From NCBI GenBank assembly GCA_964252035.1, contig OZ176201.1: a DNA stretch of 64,000 nucleotides; one strand, 5' to 3'. Below the pieces are notes generated by a model, which saw only the letters and a list, made by a program, of their open reading frames with translations, searched no databases and was not told where the DNA came from. This stretch comes from Podarcis erhardii. Its lineage: Eukaryota. Position numbers and translations under genes: made by a program. This document shows, in pieces, positions 36,944 through 50,167 of the stretch (its first letter is position 1; every line of letters starts with the position of its first letter).

Positions 36944-39900
36944 ATGTCTCTGCAACTCTTCAGTTGGAACTGCAATGGTTTGAACCACCCTCGAAAAAGG
37001 GGCCAAGTATTTCATTTATTAAAGAAGGAACATCTAGATGTAATCTGTTTACAAGAAACCCACATTGCCAGGATACATAGAAAACTTTTAACAAATAAGA
37101 GATTAGGACAAGAATTTATATCATCAGATAGAGTCAAGAAAAGAGGAGTTGTGATTTATGTCAAGGAAAAATTTGAACCAAAATTGATCTTTAAGGATGA
37201 TCAAGGAAGATACCTGGCAGTGGAAATCCAAATTTATGGAGAAAAAATATTGATTGTTGGAGTTTATGCACCAAATGAGGGGAAGGCTGAATTCTTTAAG
37301 AAGTTGCATGAGACTTTAATGGACTTTTTGGACTTTAAAATTATAATGATGGGTGACATGAATGGAGTCGTCTCTACAAATATGGATAAGGCCCAAAGAC
37401 AAACAATATCTAATGATGGAAGACTACCAAAGACTTTTTTTGACCTGACTGACACTATGGATCTGATTGATATTTGGAGAACTAGGAACCCTCTGGAAAG
37501 GGAGGGGACCTTCTTCTCTGAAGCAAAAATGACATGGACTAGAATTGATCAAATATGGATTTCTAGTAATCTGGCATCAAAGGTTAAAAAAACAGAAATC
37601 TGCCCAAAGACCTGCTCTGACCATAATGCTGTCAAGATGGAAATGAAACTGACAACAGCTGGAACCTTTAGATGGAGAATGAATGACACCCTCTTTGGAG
37701 ATGAGGAAATTTGCAAAAAGGCCCAAAAAACACTTAAAGACTACTTCGAGATCAATTTGAGATCAGACACAGAAAAAAGAATCATTTGGGACGCAAGTAA
37801 AGCCGTGATGCGTGGCTTCCTAATACAACAGAATTCAATAAAGAGGAAAAAACAGAATGAGAAGAAAGAGAAAATTTGGAATCTAATAAAAGAAGGGGAG
37901 AAGAAACTGAGATCTAAGCCTAAATCCCAGGAGATATTAAGAGAAATAAAATTTTATCAAACACAATATATGGAATTGATGAACCAGGAAATAGAATGGA
38001 AAATTAAACAAATGAGACAAAAGACTTTTGAGTCTGCAGATAAATGTGGGAAGCTACTGTCTTGGCAACTGAAAAAGAGACAAAAACTGAATACAGTGAC
38101 ATCACTCGAAGTAGATGGGAAGTCTATTAATAAACCAAATGAGATAAGTAATTGTTTTCAAAGTTTCTTTAAGAAATTATACAAACAAGGGCCAAAAAAT
38201 GAACAGGAGATAGAAGAATTTATTGGAAAATACGGACTATCAAAAATCTCGGAAAACAACAGAAGGAGTTTAAATGAGAAAATTACAGATCAAGAAATAG
38301 AGAGTGCCATCCAGGATATGAAGCTGGGAAAATCACCAGGACCAGATGGACTAACCGCGAGATATTATAAAGTATTGAAGGATTGGTTAATACAACCACT
38401 GAAAGAAGTCTGCAATCAAATTTTGGAGGGGAAAAAGGCTCCCGAATCGTGGAAGGAAGCATTCATCTCACTTATACCAAAGACAGAAACTGAGAAACAT
38501 CAAGTTAAGAATTACCGCCCTATATCACTTTTGAATGTGGATTATAAAATTTTTGCAGACATTCTAGCAAAAAGATTCAAAAAAGTTTTGTTAGAGGAGA
38601 TTCACAGGGACCAAACAGGCTTTCTACCAGGCAGGCAATTGTCAGACAATGTGAGGAATATTATAGATATTCTAGAACTTTTGGAAACTGATATAAATAG
38701 AAAAGCTGTTTTGATTTTTGTGGATGCAGAGAAAGCCTTTGACAATATTTGTTGGAGCTTTATGAAGAGGAATCTCCAAGGAATGGGGGTAGGCAAGAAC
38801 TTTGAAAATGGTATAAGTGCAATTTATTCTGAACAAAAGGCTAAACTTATTGTAAATGGTATGGTTATGGATGAAATTCCAATAGAGAAAGGGACACGAC
38901 AGGGATGCCCAATTTCCCCTCTATTGTTTATATCGGTACTGGAGGTTTTCCTTAATATGATTAGAAGAGACCAGCTGGTTAAAGGTATACAGGTCGGAAC
39001 TAAACATTATAAGCTAAGAGCATTTGCAGATGACTTAGTTTTGACATTACAACAGCCAGAAACTAGCACAATAAGAGTTCTGGAACTTATTGAAATATTT
39101 GGTCAGGTAGCAGGTTTTAAATTGAATAAACACAAGACAAAGGTGTTGGAAAAAAATCTTACGGTGGAGGAAAAAGATAGTTTTCAAAGAGAAACTGGTT
39201 TGGAAATTACCAAAAAGGTAAAATATCTGGGGGTGAATTTAACATCTAAGAATGTGAACCTATTTAAAGATAACTATGAGAAATGCTGGGCTGAAGTGAA
39301 GAAAGATTTTGATATATGGTCAAGATTGAGACTTTCCTTGTTAGGCCGAATTGCTGTAATTAAGATGAATGTATTGCCGAGATTGTTGTTTTTGTTCCAG
39401 ACATTGCAAATTTTAGATAAGATGGACTGTTTCAAGAAGTGGCAGAAAGATATATCTAAATTTGTCTGGCAGGGCAAAAAACCCAGAATTAAATTTAAGA
39501 TTTTGACTGACGCAAAGGATAGAGGGGGCTTTGCCCTGCCGGACTTAAAACTTTATTATGAAGCAGCAGCTTTTTGCTGGCTGAAACCATGGCTACTTCT
39601 TGAGAATACAGACATTCTGGACTTGGAAGGTTATGATAATAGTTTTGGTTGGCATGCATATTTATGGTATGACAAGGTAAAGGTACATAGAAATTTTAAA
39701 AATCATATTATTAGGAAAGCATTGTATAATGTATGGAATCGATATAAAGATTTGTTTGAAAGTAAAACCCCCAGGTGGCTGTCACCAATGGAAGCTAAGG
39801 CGGTAAAAAGATTGAACATGGATACAGACTGGCCAAAATATTGTGAAATTATAGAATATGATGGTGAAAAGTTGAAACTACAGAGTTTTGAGAAATTGAA

Positions 39901-40681
39901 ACCTAAAGTCCGAGATTGGTTACATTATTACCAGATTAATGAAACTTTTAAGCAGGACAGAAAACTAGGATTTCAGAAGGAGAGGTCAAAGTTAGAAACA
40001 GAATTGCTAGAACCCAATACTAAGAATTTGTCTAGAATGTATAATCTGCTGCTAAAATGGAACACACAAGATGAAACGGTTAAATCAGCCATGATTAAGT
40101 GGGCACAAGATATCGGCCATGATATTATGTTTGCTGACTGGGAGCAGTTATGGACCACAGGTATTAAATTTACGGCATGTAGTGCCCTGAAAGAGAACTT
40201 AATGAAAATGATCTATAGGTGGTACATGACCCCAGTCAAGCTTGCAAAGATATATCATTTGCCCAATAACAATTGCTGGAAGTGTAATGAATGTGAAGGA
40301 ACCTTTTATCACCTTTGGTGGACCTGCCCAAAGATTAAGGCCTACTGGGAAATGATCTATAATGAAATTAAGAAAATCCTTAAGTGGACATTTGTAAAGA
40401 AACCGGAGGCTTTTCTCCTGGGCATGGTCGGCCAATTGGTACCAAAGAAAGATAGGACCTTTTTTATGTACGCAACAACAGCAGCAAGAATCCTTTTGGC
40501 GAAGTATTGGAAGACTAAAGAACTACCTACTCTGGAAGAATGGCAGACCAAGGTGACTGAATTTATGGGACTGGCAGAGATGACCGGCAGAATCCGTGAC
40601 CAGAGGAAAGAGACAGTGGAGGAGGACTGGAAAAAATTTAAAATCTATCTTAAAAGTTGTTGTAAAATTTCGGAATGTTAA
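36944..40681 (+). CDS. L1 ORF2p (APE-RT-CCHC), 1245 aa, element B
   Basis: WNCNGLN, LQETH, GDMN, SDHN, KSPGPDG, GTRQGCPISPLLF, FADD, CWKC-x8-H-x4-C. Uninterrupted. Confidence 0.96.
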   Translation: MSLQLFSWNCNGLNHPRKRGQVFHLLKKEHLDVICLQETHIARIHRKLLTNKRLGQEFISSDRVKKRGVVIYVKEKFEPKLIFKDDQGRYLAVEIQIYGEKILIVGVYAPNEGKAEFFKKLHETLMDFLDFKIIMMGDMNGVVSTNMDKAQRQTISNDGRLPKTFFDLTDTMDLIDIWRTRNPLEREGTFFSEAKMTWTRIDQIWISSNLASKVKKTEICPKTCSDHNAVKMEMKLTTAGTFRWRMNDTLFGDEEICKKAQKTLKDYFEINLRSDTEKRIIWDASKAVMRGFLIQQNSIKRKKQNEKKEKIWNLIKEGEKKLRSKPKSQEILREIKFYQTQYMELMNQEIEWKIKQMRQKTFESADKCGKLLSWQLKKRQKLNTVTSLEVDGKSINKPNEISNCFQSFFKKLYKQGPKNEQEIEEFIGKYGLSKISENNRRSLNEKITDQEIESAIQDMKLGKSPGPDGLTARYYKVLKDWLIQPLKEVCNQILEGKKAPESWKEAFISLIPKTETEKHQVKNYRPISLLNVDYKIFADILAKRFKKVLLEEIHRDQTGFLPGRQLSDNVRNIIDILELLETDINRKAVLIFVDAEKAFDNICWSFMKRNLQGMGVGKNFENGISAIYSEQKAKLIVNGMVMDEIPIEKGTRQGCPISPLLFISVLEVFLNMIRRDQLVKGIQVGTKHYKLRAFADDLVLTLQQPETSTIRVLELIEIFGQVAGFKLNKHKTKVLEKNLTVEEKDSFQRETGLEITKKVKYLGVNLTSKNVNLFKDNYEKCWAEVKKDFDIWSRLRLSLLGRIAVIKMNVLPRLLFLFQTLQILDKMDCFKKWQKDISKFVWQGKKPRIKFKILTDAKDRGGFALPDLKLYYEAAAFCWLKPWLLLENTDILDLEGYDNSFGWHAYLWYDKVKVHRNFKNHIIRKALYNVWNRYKDLFESKTPRWLSPMEAKAVKRLNMDTDWPKYCEIIEYDGEKLKLQSFEKLKPKVRDWLHYYQINETFKQDRKLGFQKERSKLETELLEPNTKNLSRMYNLLLKWNTQDETVKSAMIKWAQDIGHDIMFADWEQLWTTGIKFTACSALKENLMKMIYRWYMTPVKLAKIYHLPNNNCWKCNECEGTFYHLWWTCPKIKAYWEMIYNEIKKILKWTFVKKPEAFLLGMVGQLVPKKDRTFFMYATTAARILLAKYWKTKELPTLEEWQTKVTEFMGLAEMTGRIRDQRKETVEEDWKKFKIYLKSCCKISEC

Positions 40682-43205
40682 GATGTCAGGGGATTGGACA
40701 CAAAGAATTACAGCTATAAATCGAAATTTATAAAGCAGAAACTCTTTTTAAAGAGAATTAAATATAAAAATGGGATGAAGAATTGCTAAAAATTTTGAAA
40801 TTTGGATGCAGTGAAGGGGAGGTTTGGGGAAGTCGCATTATGTTTGTTTGTTTTTTGTTTATGTTGTAAAATCAATAAAAATTATTATAAAAAAAAAAAA
40901 AAAAAAAGGAAGGCAAAATTGTTTTCACTTAGCTTGTTACTTTTTGAATGCTTGAGTAGAGTCTTGGGTTTCAGAGATTGTGCAGAGTTCCAGACAAGAT
41001 TGCCTGAAAAAGCATCCATTTCTTGTAATGGGTCTCCTGATCAGCATAATTCTGAAGGAGACAGGGAAATGCCTCGCATTTTTTTGGGGGGGGGAGATTT
41101 GAGACCAGTGAAAGTTGAGCTCTTTCATCAGACGAAGTATCATGTGTAGCAGTGACAAAGGAAAATCTGTCTCTTGACGCAAGTGGTCTAAGTAGCCAGT
41201 CAAGAATTCACTTAGAACTCAGTTCCACCTTCCTGTGCTTCTGAACTCCCATTGCAGAAGAACTAGCCAGCGGTGACGACTGTTAATAAGGGGTTAAATT
41301 GGGAAAGTGTATCGGAAATAAAACTCAGAATATTGGCCTCTTCAGAACTTCTCCACAGGGGTTCCAAGTCACAGATCCTATAGGTGGCTCTGTTTGGTCT
41401 ATATCAAATTCTAGGGGTTCATCACACGGGTCTCACATCTTCAAATATAGATGCTTCTGGATTGTGTGGGTTTTTTGGATGACTGAATGTCAGTCACTAG
41501 CAGGGATGTAAAAGTCTGAGGTCATCAGATTTTTAATAAAGCCCAATAAGAAAGGCCCCCAGAAAAGAATTCCAGCAACAGACTGCAGTTTTTCCTGAAG
41601 TAGCTGAGCAGTGACTTCTGTTTCTGTTCTAAACGTACTTACAAGTACTTCTATTCCTGCTTTTTTCCTGGTGTTCATGACACTCCTGTAAAGAGCCATA
41701 TAAGAAGGATGGAAGAAGAGGGAGAGGGGAATAGGCCATATCTCTTTCTCCTGGAAAGAAACAGGACTGTGCAAATAATGTGCATGCAACACCCAGCAAA
41801 GGCACTCTCTCAGCACCAGTCTCCAAAATGTCGTCATCCAGACAGTGCTGGCTTTTACCTCAGAATTGCAGCTGTGTTACCACCGCCAATAGCATGTGCC
41901 TGACTCAAGCACACCTTGAGTGTTTATGTTGGGAACTAATCCCTTTGTAAACTCTCTGCAGGCTTTCTAAACAGAGACCTAAAAAGAGAAAGCAATAATG
42001 TAGATAAAAACTGGCCTCAGTGTTCCTCTAGTAGAAACATAACACACACAAATGCCATCTGATGAGTGCCTTGTGCAAGATTCTGCCTGGAAGGTCCTGT
42101 CTATGCAGAGACAAAGTTTTATATGCCCCTCCATCTGGAGAATTTATTGTGTACCGAGTACTAGATAGTGATCTGGAGTGTATGGTACTGCCCTGTATTT
42201 ACACAGATTGGTTACCTAATAAGGCTACTACTAATTTTAGCTGTTGATCTGGGGTGGTGAGAGAGAGAGAGAGAATATGCCTTTATTTTCCTTAGGAAAT
42301 CTTGTGCTAAATATCCCAGGTCTGGCAAACCCTGCTTATAGTCATTCTCTTGCCTGTGGTCGCCTCTGCATTGTGTAAAGAAGAGTTGGCAGGTGGGCAA
42401 AGACTGCTGACCCAACATACAATGAGCTGGGAGTTCAGAGAATTCCACCAGCAGATTTCTGAAACTCCACCACCTGGGGCTGCAATATATGCATTTCCAT
42501 TCCTCAGTGGATGAAGAGCTGCTAAGGCTTTAAAGGACTTGGTGGATCTTGACTGGCTTATGGCTCCAGGCGACTGTATTCAGGCCAGAACTGAAGTCTA
42601 GAGGGGCACCCTTGACCCACAGAGTTTAATCTGCTTAGATTGCTGTCAAACCAGGGTGCTAGTAGTTCAGGGTGCTAGTAGTTCAGACCTACCTGTTGGG
42701 GGCCTGGGTTTGAGCCCACATGCCCCCATTTCTAGTTGCCTTTCCTTCAGCATTTTGTCTGAGGTCGTGCGTATTTGAGTGGGGATGGTTTAGAAATTTA
42801 TTGTTTTAATACTTCACCTTATGTTGGGTAGCATCCATATTCATTATTTCATTTTAATATGTTGATTAGACTATTAGTACATCATTTTACTTGGCATATA
42901 ACTTTTAACACCCAATAGCACAAATTATACTACCAGCTGTAAAGAAATAGCACGCTGTACAGGGTTCACAGTTGTGCAACTGCTGTGCCAGTAGCCTGGT
43001 TCTCATGGAACACTAAACCATGGTTTAGTGCTGTGTGCATGAGTTAGAGTTAACAAGAGCAAAGATTCATGTTTGTATGTGTTCTCGTCTTCTCTTTCCA
43101 CATGGCCAGGAGGAAGACTTCTGCGGAGCTGTGTTTTGCTTTGCTTTAATCTTGGCTTTTCTTGTTGTGTGAAACAAACACTGCCAGAATTCTACTCAAC
43201 CAAAC

Positions 43206-43362
43206 ATCATAGAATCATAGGTTCATAGAATTGCAGAGTTGGAAGGGACCACAAGGGTCATATAGTCCAACCCCCTGCAATGCTGGAATCTTTTGCCCAA
43301 TGTGGGACTTGAACCCATAACCCTGCAATTAAAAGTCTCCTGCTCTACTGACTGAGGTATCC
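43206..43362 (-). mobile_element. tRNA-head / CR1-tail SINE (Squam-type)
   Basis: Minus strand: CTCAGTCAGTAGAGCAGG (A-box-like), GGTTCAAGTCCC (B-box), then GTCCCTTCCAACTCTGCAATTCTATG...GATTCTATGAT CR1-like tail. Confidence 0.75.
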
Positions 43363-43560
43363 ATCAGTATATCTGGTCAAAACCATGATCTCTGCCTCAT
43401 GCTACACAAGAACCAGAGATTAAGAGAGAGCAAAAGTCCTTCTCCTGGCTCACGGGAGGAGAAGTCTGCGTGTATAAGCCCATTGCTTTGCTCATGCACT
43501 TGGTTGAAAACCATGGCTTGGTGTCAGGTGTGAAAATGGTCACTAACTTTTTGCTGTTGA

Positions 43561-43794
<234 letters not shown>

Positions 43795-44174
43795 TGATCT
43801 CTTCTCTTTCAGGTCAAAATAGCCTCTGAACGATGCTAGGAACTTGTAAGCTTGAGAATAAGACATTGGCTGCAAATGAACATAGATTGGCTCCAAGTAG
43901 CTTTGTGTAGAAGCCCTGTTGCAAAAGCTACTTACTGGATACCTTAGAACTGCTTGCTGTTTTAGATCTGCTTTATAAATGCAATAACAGTTGTGTGTGG
44001 AATGCAACCCTTTAGTTTGTGACCTGTCTACCACAATTCTTTAACCTGTGATAGGTAACTGGGTTTTGTTAAATGACCAGCTTTAGCCCCATCTTTATTC
44101 CAAAGGCCACTCATTTAGCTGGACTAATACATATCTTACTTTCTTTCTTGTTAAATAAATAAATAAATGCAGCA

Positions 44175-44177
<3 letters not shown>

Positions 44178-44216
<39 letters not shown>
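44178..44216. repeat. T39 homopolymer
   Basis: Direct count. Confidence 0.9.
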
Positions 44217-44219
<3 letters not shown>

Positions 44220-47200
44220 CTGCTGCACTGCATTAAAGGCAAATCTCCATACTAAAATGAAGCTTTGTCTTGGTAATGAATAAAGTAAGTGTTTGTCATA
44301 CCAGATTTTGGTATTCCTTGTGGTGAATGTTCTTTTGAAAGCCTTCAGTAAAGCATAATGTAAGAACAGGTCTTGGGCTTAACATGATGTCAGGGACGAG
44401 CAGGGGGGATTGGGAGAGGCAGGTGATGGGGAGGATGATCCAGGGGGAGGGGCCAGTGATTTGTGGGGCTCTGTGCTGCTCGTGAGGGGGCTGCCAGGAA
44501 TGGAGGCAGAGGGGAGTCAGGGGGAAGTGACTGGACAGTCAGAGACAGGGAGGCGGCGGGAAAAGAGCTGGCGGGTGGGTCTCAGAAGTTGAAGAGCCTT
44601 TGGAATCCCCTCCACGCTCAAGGAGGGACTTGAAGCAATGGGAGCAGCTGGATCTGCCTGTCAGGAGAAGCCACCAGGTGCTTGTGTGCCCTGCGTCAAA
44701 CCAGGGGGTTTAAGAAAGTAGGAATTGATGTGGCGACACTGTTGCTCCAACTGTCTGTGATGGAGCACAGGTCTGGAAGGCCACAAATTCATAATCCCTC
44801 AAACTAAGGGCCAAAAGCCCAGATAAAAAGGAAAGGGTTCGCCTGGTGCATAAAACTAGACAAAGAGGGTATCAGGTGAGCCTTCCTGGGGAGAACATTC
44901 CCAAAGTAAGGAGCCACCACTAAAAAGGCTCGTTCTCATGTTGCCACCCTCCAGATGACCTGTGGAGGGGGCAAGTGGAGAAAGGCCTTAGATGGCGATT
45001 GCAGGGTCCAGGTGAGTTCATGTGAGGAAAAGCTTTCAAAATTCAGTGAGAAGGAGTTTGTCTTAAGGTATATGACCATTTTCTAGAGCCAGTATGAAAG
45101 GACAATATGTTATGCATTTCCTCTTGCAAAGACAGCAGAAAGTATTCAGAGCTTTTCTTTAGAGGGTGTGTGTATTAAAAGCATAATGATGATTGTTTTA
45201 AATATTGGCTCTAAGACCTGGAGAGAACCTTTTCCAAAACATTCCTGGCTGTACGATATGGAAATCAAAAGAGCTGCATAAAGAAAATGCACCTTGTCCA
45301 ATCAGAATATATGTAAATGGAAGAAATTACCCAAGTTCACCTAATTATTAGTGAAAAGATGGTTGGTGGGTATGGGCAGGAAGTTGCACATTGGGGCTTT
45401 TTGGAAGGAAGTATTTAAGCAACACGATTGGAGTAGGCTACAGGGACAAGGAGGGGAATGACTCACAAGGTAGCCTCTCTCCCCAGCTGCCTAGAACGTT
45501 GATTCTAATCACATTTTCTTGGAAGGAGACACACTTGCTTAAAGATATGCAGTCGCTGTATTCAGCCTTTTCTAGAAAGCCGTAAAAGATCTAGGTCTTT
45601 TTTTGAAGTGATTGGCATGCTGAACTGGTAAGTTGCATAGAAAATGGCTCAAAAGGGATGTTGTGGGTGGAACAGGTAGCATCTTGCCTGCTCCTGCTTT
45701 AGTCATTGTGGTCGCTCCTGATACAGGAACAGCTATGAACAATGGCTTCCACGTTTCAAGTAAGACGTTAGCAGTTGGGGGGCTTTGCTCAGTTTTGCAA
45801 TAGAAAATGCATCTGACTCCCACTTGCAAGCTGTTGCAGTTTTTGGCTCTTACATTTATTCTTCAGACCTTTTTCTCTTCCATGATGGCTTTTTCATGCA
45901 CAACCCTAAAATGCTTTTCAGCCTCTCTTCCATTTGTCTGTGCGTGTGGGTGCTGTTTATAATAAGGTGCAAATCAGGAAAGAACCATTTTAGTGCATAT
46001 TCTAGACCACACAGATTTTATGGTCATGTTTACAGGCTGAAGAGAGTTTACTTCACTCTTTCCTGCAGATTTGTAACGGTGAGAGTAGAATGTGTATTTG
46101 TCAAGTAAGGTGTGCTTTCTTTTCAAGATCATTAAAAAAAAGCTAATATCCAATTTTCTTTAAAATATGTACATGATTTAGTTTGATTCTCTTAACCAAA
46201 TCATACCCAGGTTTCTGTCACTCACAATGGTAGATTCAATTTCCTTCTGGTGTCTGAATTCCTGTCGTCTCGTTCCCCCTCCACACACTGAGCTGGTTTG
46301 CAAGACATGGTAATACAAAATACGCCTTCGCAAAGCCACCTGAACGTTCCAGTTTACAGGTAACAGCTCATATCCACTTTCACTCCTCTCTGTTCCTTTT
46401 GACGGCTGTGCTGAGCTGAGCCAAGAACAAACCATGGTTACAGCTTGTGGTAAGTTAAGAGAATGCTTCACTGTGAGTTGGGCTGACATGATAAGCCAAA
46501 CCTAAGCCAAAGCTTAGCTCAGAATGGTGCAGCAGTAAAAATTACGAGAGAGGAGCAAAGTGGCTATGAGCATGATCTTGCGAAGCCAAGGATTGGCTTA
46601 TGTGTCATGCCGATGGGGCTCATTCGATCAACATGTGGAAGATAGCAGAATTGCGGCAGGTGACTCTGCTGCCCACCTGTGTGTGGCTAAGAGCCCCGCT
46701 CCCAATCTGTGTGTGTTCAGTGGAACATAAGGGCAAGTCCTACTCAGGTGTGTAGTTGGGAATTGTGGTCATGGCATAGCTCCTCATTGAACGGATTGGC
46801 TTCATGCAAGGTCAGCACACACAGGTTGGCAGCAGAGCCAGCAGCTGTGATCACACTCCCCTCCCTGTCCTAATGTGTGAAGCAGGACCATGCCATTATC
46901 TCCTGCAGAAGTTTGTTTGCCTGGAGCTAAGCTCTCATCTATAAAGACATGTCTGCATAAGGCTATTTTCACTTATCTTGTCCTTGCAAGCTGTGCTGCA
47001 CCTCTGCTGTGACAAACACACACGCTGGCAAATTGTCTCTTTTCCTCCAAATGGCAGATTTGGGGTGATGTGTTTGTGGCTTGTAGCACCATTGTGGTTA
47101 GCAGGAGCTCCCAGGGTAGAACAACGCCCTGCACCCTGTGCCGTGCTTTCTGATTCAACTCCTCCAACACTTCAGGTTGTGGCCTGCAGAAATAATGTTG

Positions 47201-48615
47201 GAAAGGCAAGGAACTCCAGTGTGGGCATGTCCTGAGGAAGAAGGCACTTAGCAGTTCTTTGGAAGCTGTCACGTCTTCAATAAAAACATGTTTTTAAGGT
47301 CAAAATGAAGCATCAGGCCTGCAGTTCAAGCATCAGCATGTAGATGCTCATGAATCAGCAAAGCTCCTATCTTGTTTTATTAATACAGAACAGTGCTTTA
47401 AAGGAAGTTGATTAAATTAGAGAGTTGGGTTTTGGTACAGGCTTGCTTGTATCCTTTTGAAAATTATGACTTAGCTCTCTTTGTTGATTAAAATGCAAGC
47501 ATATCTGGATTTTAACCAGGCATCCGTTTTGAAGAGAGATCGCTCAGACAAGGCCATCCCTTATCAGATGTAGGTTTTCATGGCAAAGTGTGCATTTTTC
47601 TTTTATTCATTTGCAAGTTGTATTGCTTTGTATTATTACACATTTATATAAACAGCACACCATCTCACCCACCCTACCCTATAACTTTTTCCGAAAGCTA
47701 ACAAGAAATTAAACAGGAAGAAATAGTTAAATGTGAACACAGAGGGCGGGAGAGAGAATTGGTGCAGTGCCACAGCATGGAACTGGGCTGTCCAGTCACT
47801 AGCACCATTTGTGAGATGGCCGAGGACATCCACTGCATTCTGAATGACGCTGTTGCTGACGCTGCTGCCTCTCAGGGGCTGCCAACCACATTGTCACTAC
47901 TGTGGTGTGTTTGCCATGCCTGGTCCTTAAGGTGCTTGGAGCAGCCAACAACACCATCCAGATTGCAGCTGTTGGGGCTGGCTAGGCAGGTATAAGGAAG
48001 ATGAATGGGAATGACATAGTTTCTCTTCCTCCAATCCCAGAGGACCAAGCTGCTGCTGCTGCTGCTGCTTTTGGTTTTTGCATGGAGCAGGAAGCAGGAG
48101 ACAGCCACAAGAAACCCATGGCCACTTTGTAAGTGGTGCAGCTTCTTACCTAGGGAAGAACAATATATAGATGACCAGAACATGCATTTTTCCTCCTCTG
48201 TATGTGGGCTAATTGAAGGAGTCATGTGTTGCTACAACACTTCCTTCTGGTCAGAGGGGCAATAATACTATGTCCCCAGTACTAAATTTCCCACATATTT
48301 CTCCTTGTAGGCTATTTTGTTCAGGAAAAAATAAAGCATTATGCCTGAGCTCCCTAGTGAATAGCACCCTTGTATTGTAAGAGAATAATGGCAAAATGGA
48401 AGCAATCTGTTTTACAGAGAGCTGGTTATTTAAATTCCACCTACTGAATACTTGTGTGCCAGACAAGCTGTTGACATTTGAATTCTCTCTCCCCCCCCCT
48501 CCAAATGAGGTTTGTTTTGTGGTATTCTGTGAAATCACCAGAAATCTGCTATGGCTTTGGGAGATCATGTGAGTGCCTAGAAAGTCTGAGGGAAGCTTTT
48601 AGTCTGGAGACAGAC

Positions 48616-48641
48616 AGAGAGAGAGAGAGAGAGAGAGAGAG
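48616..48641. repeat. (AG)n microsatellite
   Basis: About 13 AG units. Confidence 0.9.
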
Positions 48642-49844
48642 GGCGCACTCCTGTTCAGAGAGATTGTAGTGCTGTGAAGCTGATCTGTAGTCATAAAGAA
48701 CAGGTCTCCTAAATGCTTATATCAGCAAACAAGTTTGACCTGGGACCTTTTATAAGGATCAAGGAGTGCTATCTATTGTGCTATCTACTGGTACATGTGA
48801 CATGCTGGCTTCTTGGTGCATGAATACTGCATTTGCCTAGTATGAGTACGGTTTCCTCCTTCCAGCCAGAGCAGAATCCTTGCACCACCACTTGTTCAAG
48901 AGGTACTGCTGTTTGGCCAAGTTCTTTGACCAAGCCCTTCCTGTGTTGGCCATTATATGACCTATTAACCCTGAATTCCCTCTGTTGCTTGTGATTAGGT
49001 AAGGTTTATATTGCAGAAGCTAGTCAATGGGATTATTTACAACAGGATATAAGACCTTATTCACAGTTAAGATTTCTAGGGAATTGCACTGATCAATTTG
49101 TATTTGCAATATTTTAAAAAATTACAGAGCTCAGAAAAGGAGTTGACTCTATAACAACTGACTCTCCCATCTTTGCTTTATCACTGTCTAGTAAGGTCCA
49201 CTTTAGGGCCAGTCCTCTCAGAACTGATTTCTGCTGTTCAAATACTATACAGGCAATTCTGCTTATTTACACTTGCCACAAAAAGGGGTAGGATAACAGA
49301 TAAGTCAGTTTTACAGACGATTCTTGCACTAGGGCATTTAATTCATTTCTTATACGGAGATGAATTGCAGATAGGGTAGTACTTTCAGAAGGCTGGAATA
49401 GTTTTCACAGAGAATTTAGCTGTAAATTCTGAGAGTTTCAGAGGAGTAGAAGGAACACACCCAATAATGTGTGTGTGTATCTGTCGCACACCCTACTGTT
49501 CAGTGTTTTTCCCCCTGCAGGATTAATAGTTGAGTGAATTGCCAGTTTGTAAGAGGAGGGACCAAAGGTCATGAATTCTTCACATAGGAAGGGTGGTGCC
49601 AAGCTTGCAACCCTAATCTTTGCTTTCTCAGCAGTTAAATTGCCATGCCAAAGAGTTTAAATCCCCTTTGGTGAAAGGAGTGGAGATTGTATTAAAAGGT
49701 TTGAATGGGTGGAATTTATCTCCCCTGTTAGAAGTTGCAAGGCTGTCTCAAAAAGATGCTAATTCAAGCATCCATTTAAAAGGCATTATTCAGATTGCTG
49801 GGCCATGAGAGTCTTTCCTTTAAGGTCATGTATTTTAACTTCTA

Positions 49845-50167
49845 GGGGGTTAAACCACAGAGCCTAGGACTTGCCAATCAGAAGGTCGGCGGTTTGAATT
49901 CCCGTGACGGGGTGAGTTCCCTTTGCTCAATCCCTGCTCCTGCCAACCTAGCAGTTTGAAAGCATGAAGTGCAAGTAGATAAATAGGGACCACTCTGGCG
50001 GGAAGGTAAACGGCGTTTCCGTGTGCTGCTCTGGTTCTCCAGAAGCGGCTTATTCATGCTGGCCACATGACCCGGAAGCTGTACGCAGGCTCCCTCGGCC
50101 AATAAAGCGAGATGAGCGCGCAACCCCAGAGTCGGTCACGACTGGACCTAATGGCCTTTACCTTTAC
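49845..50167 (+). mobile_element. Sauria SINE, 5'-truncated
   Basis: Matches the recalled Sauria SINE body (CAGAAGGTCGGCGGTT...GCAAGTAGATAAATAGG...CACATGACCCGGAAG) and (ACCTTT)n tail. 11-bp TSD TTTAACTTCTA at 49834-49844 and 50168-50178. Confidence 0.88.

Larger units (their letters stand above)
35005..40904 (+). mobile_element. L1-clade LINE, full-length, intact (element B, different family)
   Basis: CpG-rich 5' end starting (GGAAG)ACTTCCGG, about 900-nt 5'UTR, ORF1, ORF2, AATAAA 40874-40879, poly(A) 40889-40907. Probable 8-bp TSD AAAGGAAG at 34997-35004 and 40905-40912. Confidence 0.94.

Noticed and set aside
43290-43362. tRNA-like sequence with A and B boxes
   Set aside because: Fused to a CR1-derived tail and lacking a full cloverleaf; it is a SINE head, not a tRNA gene.
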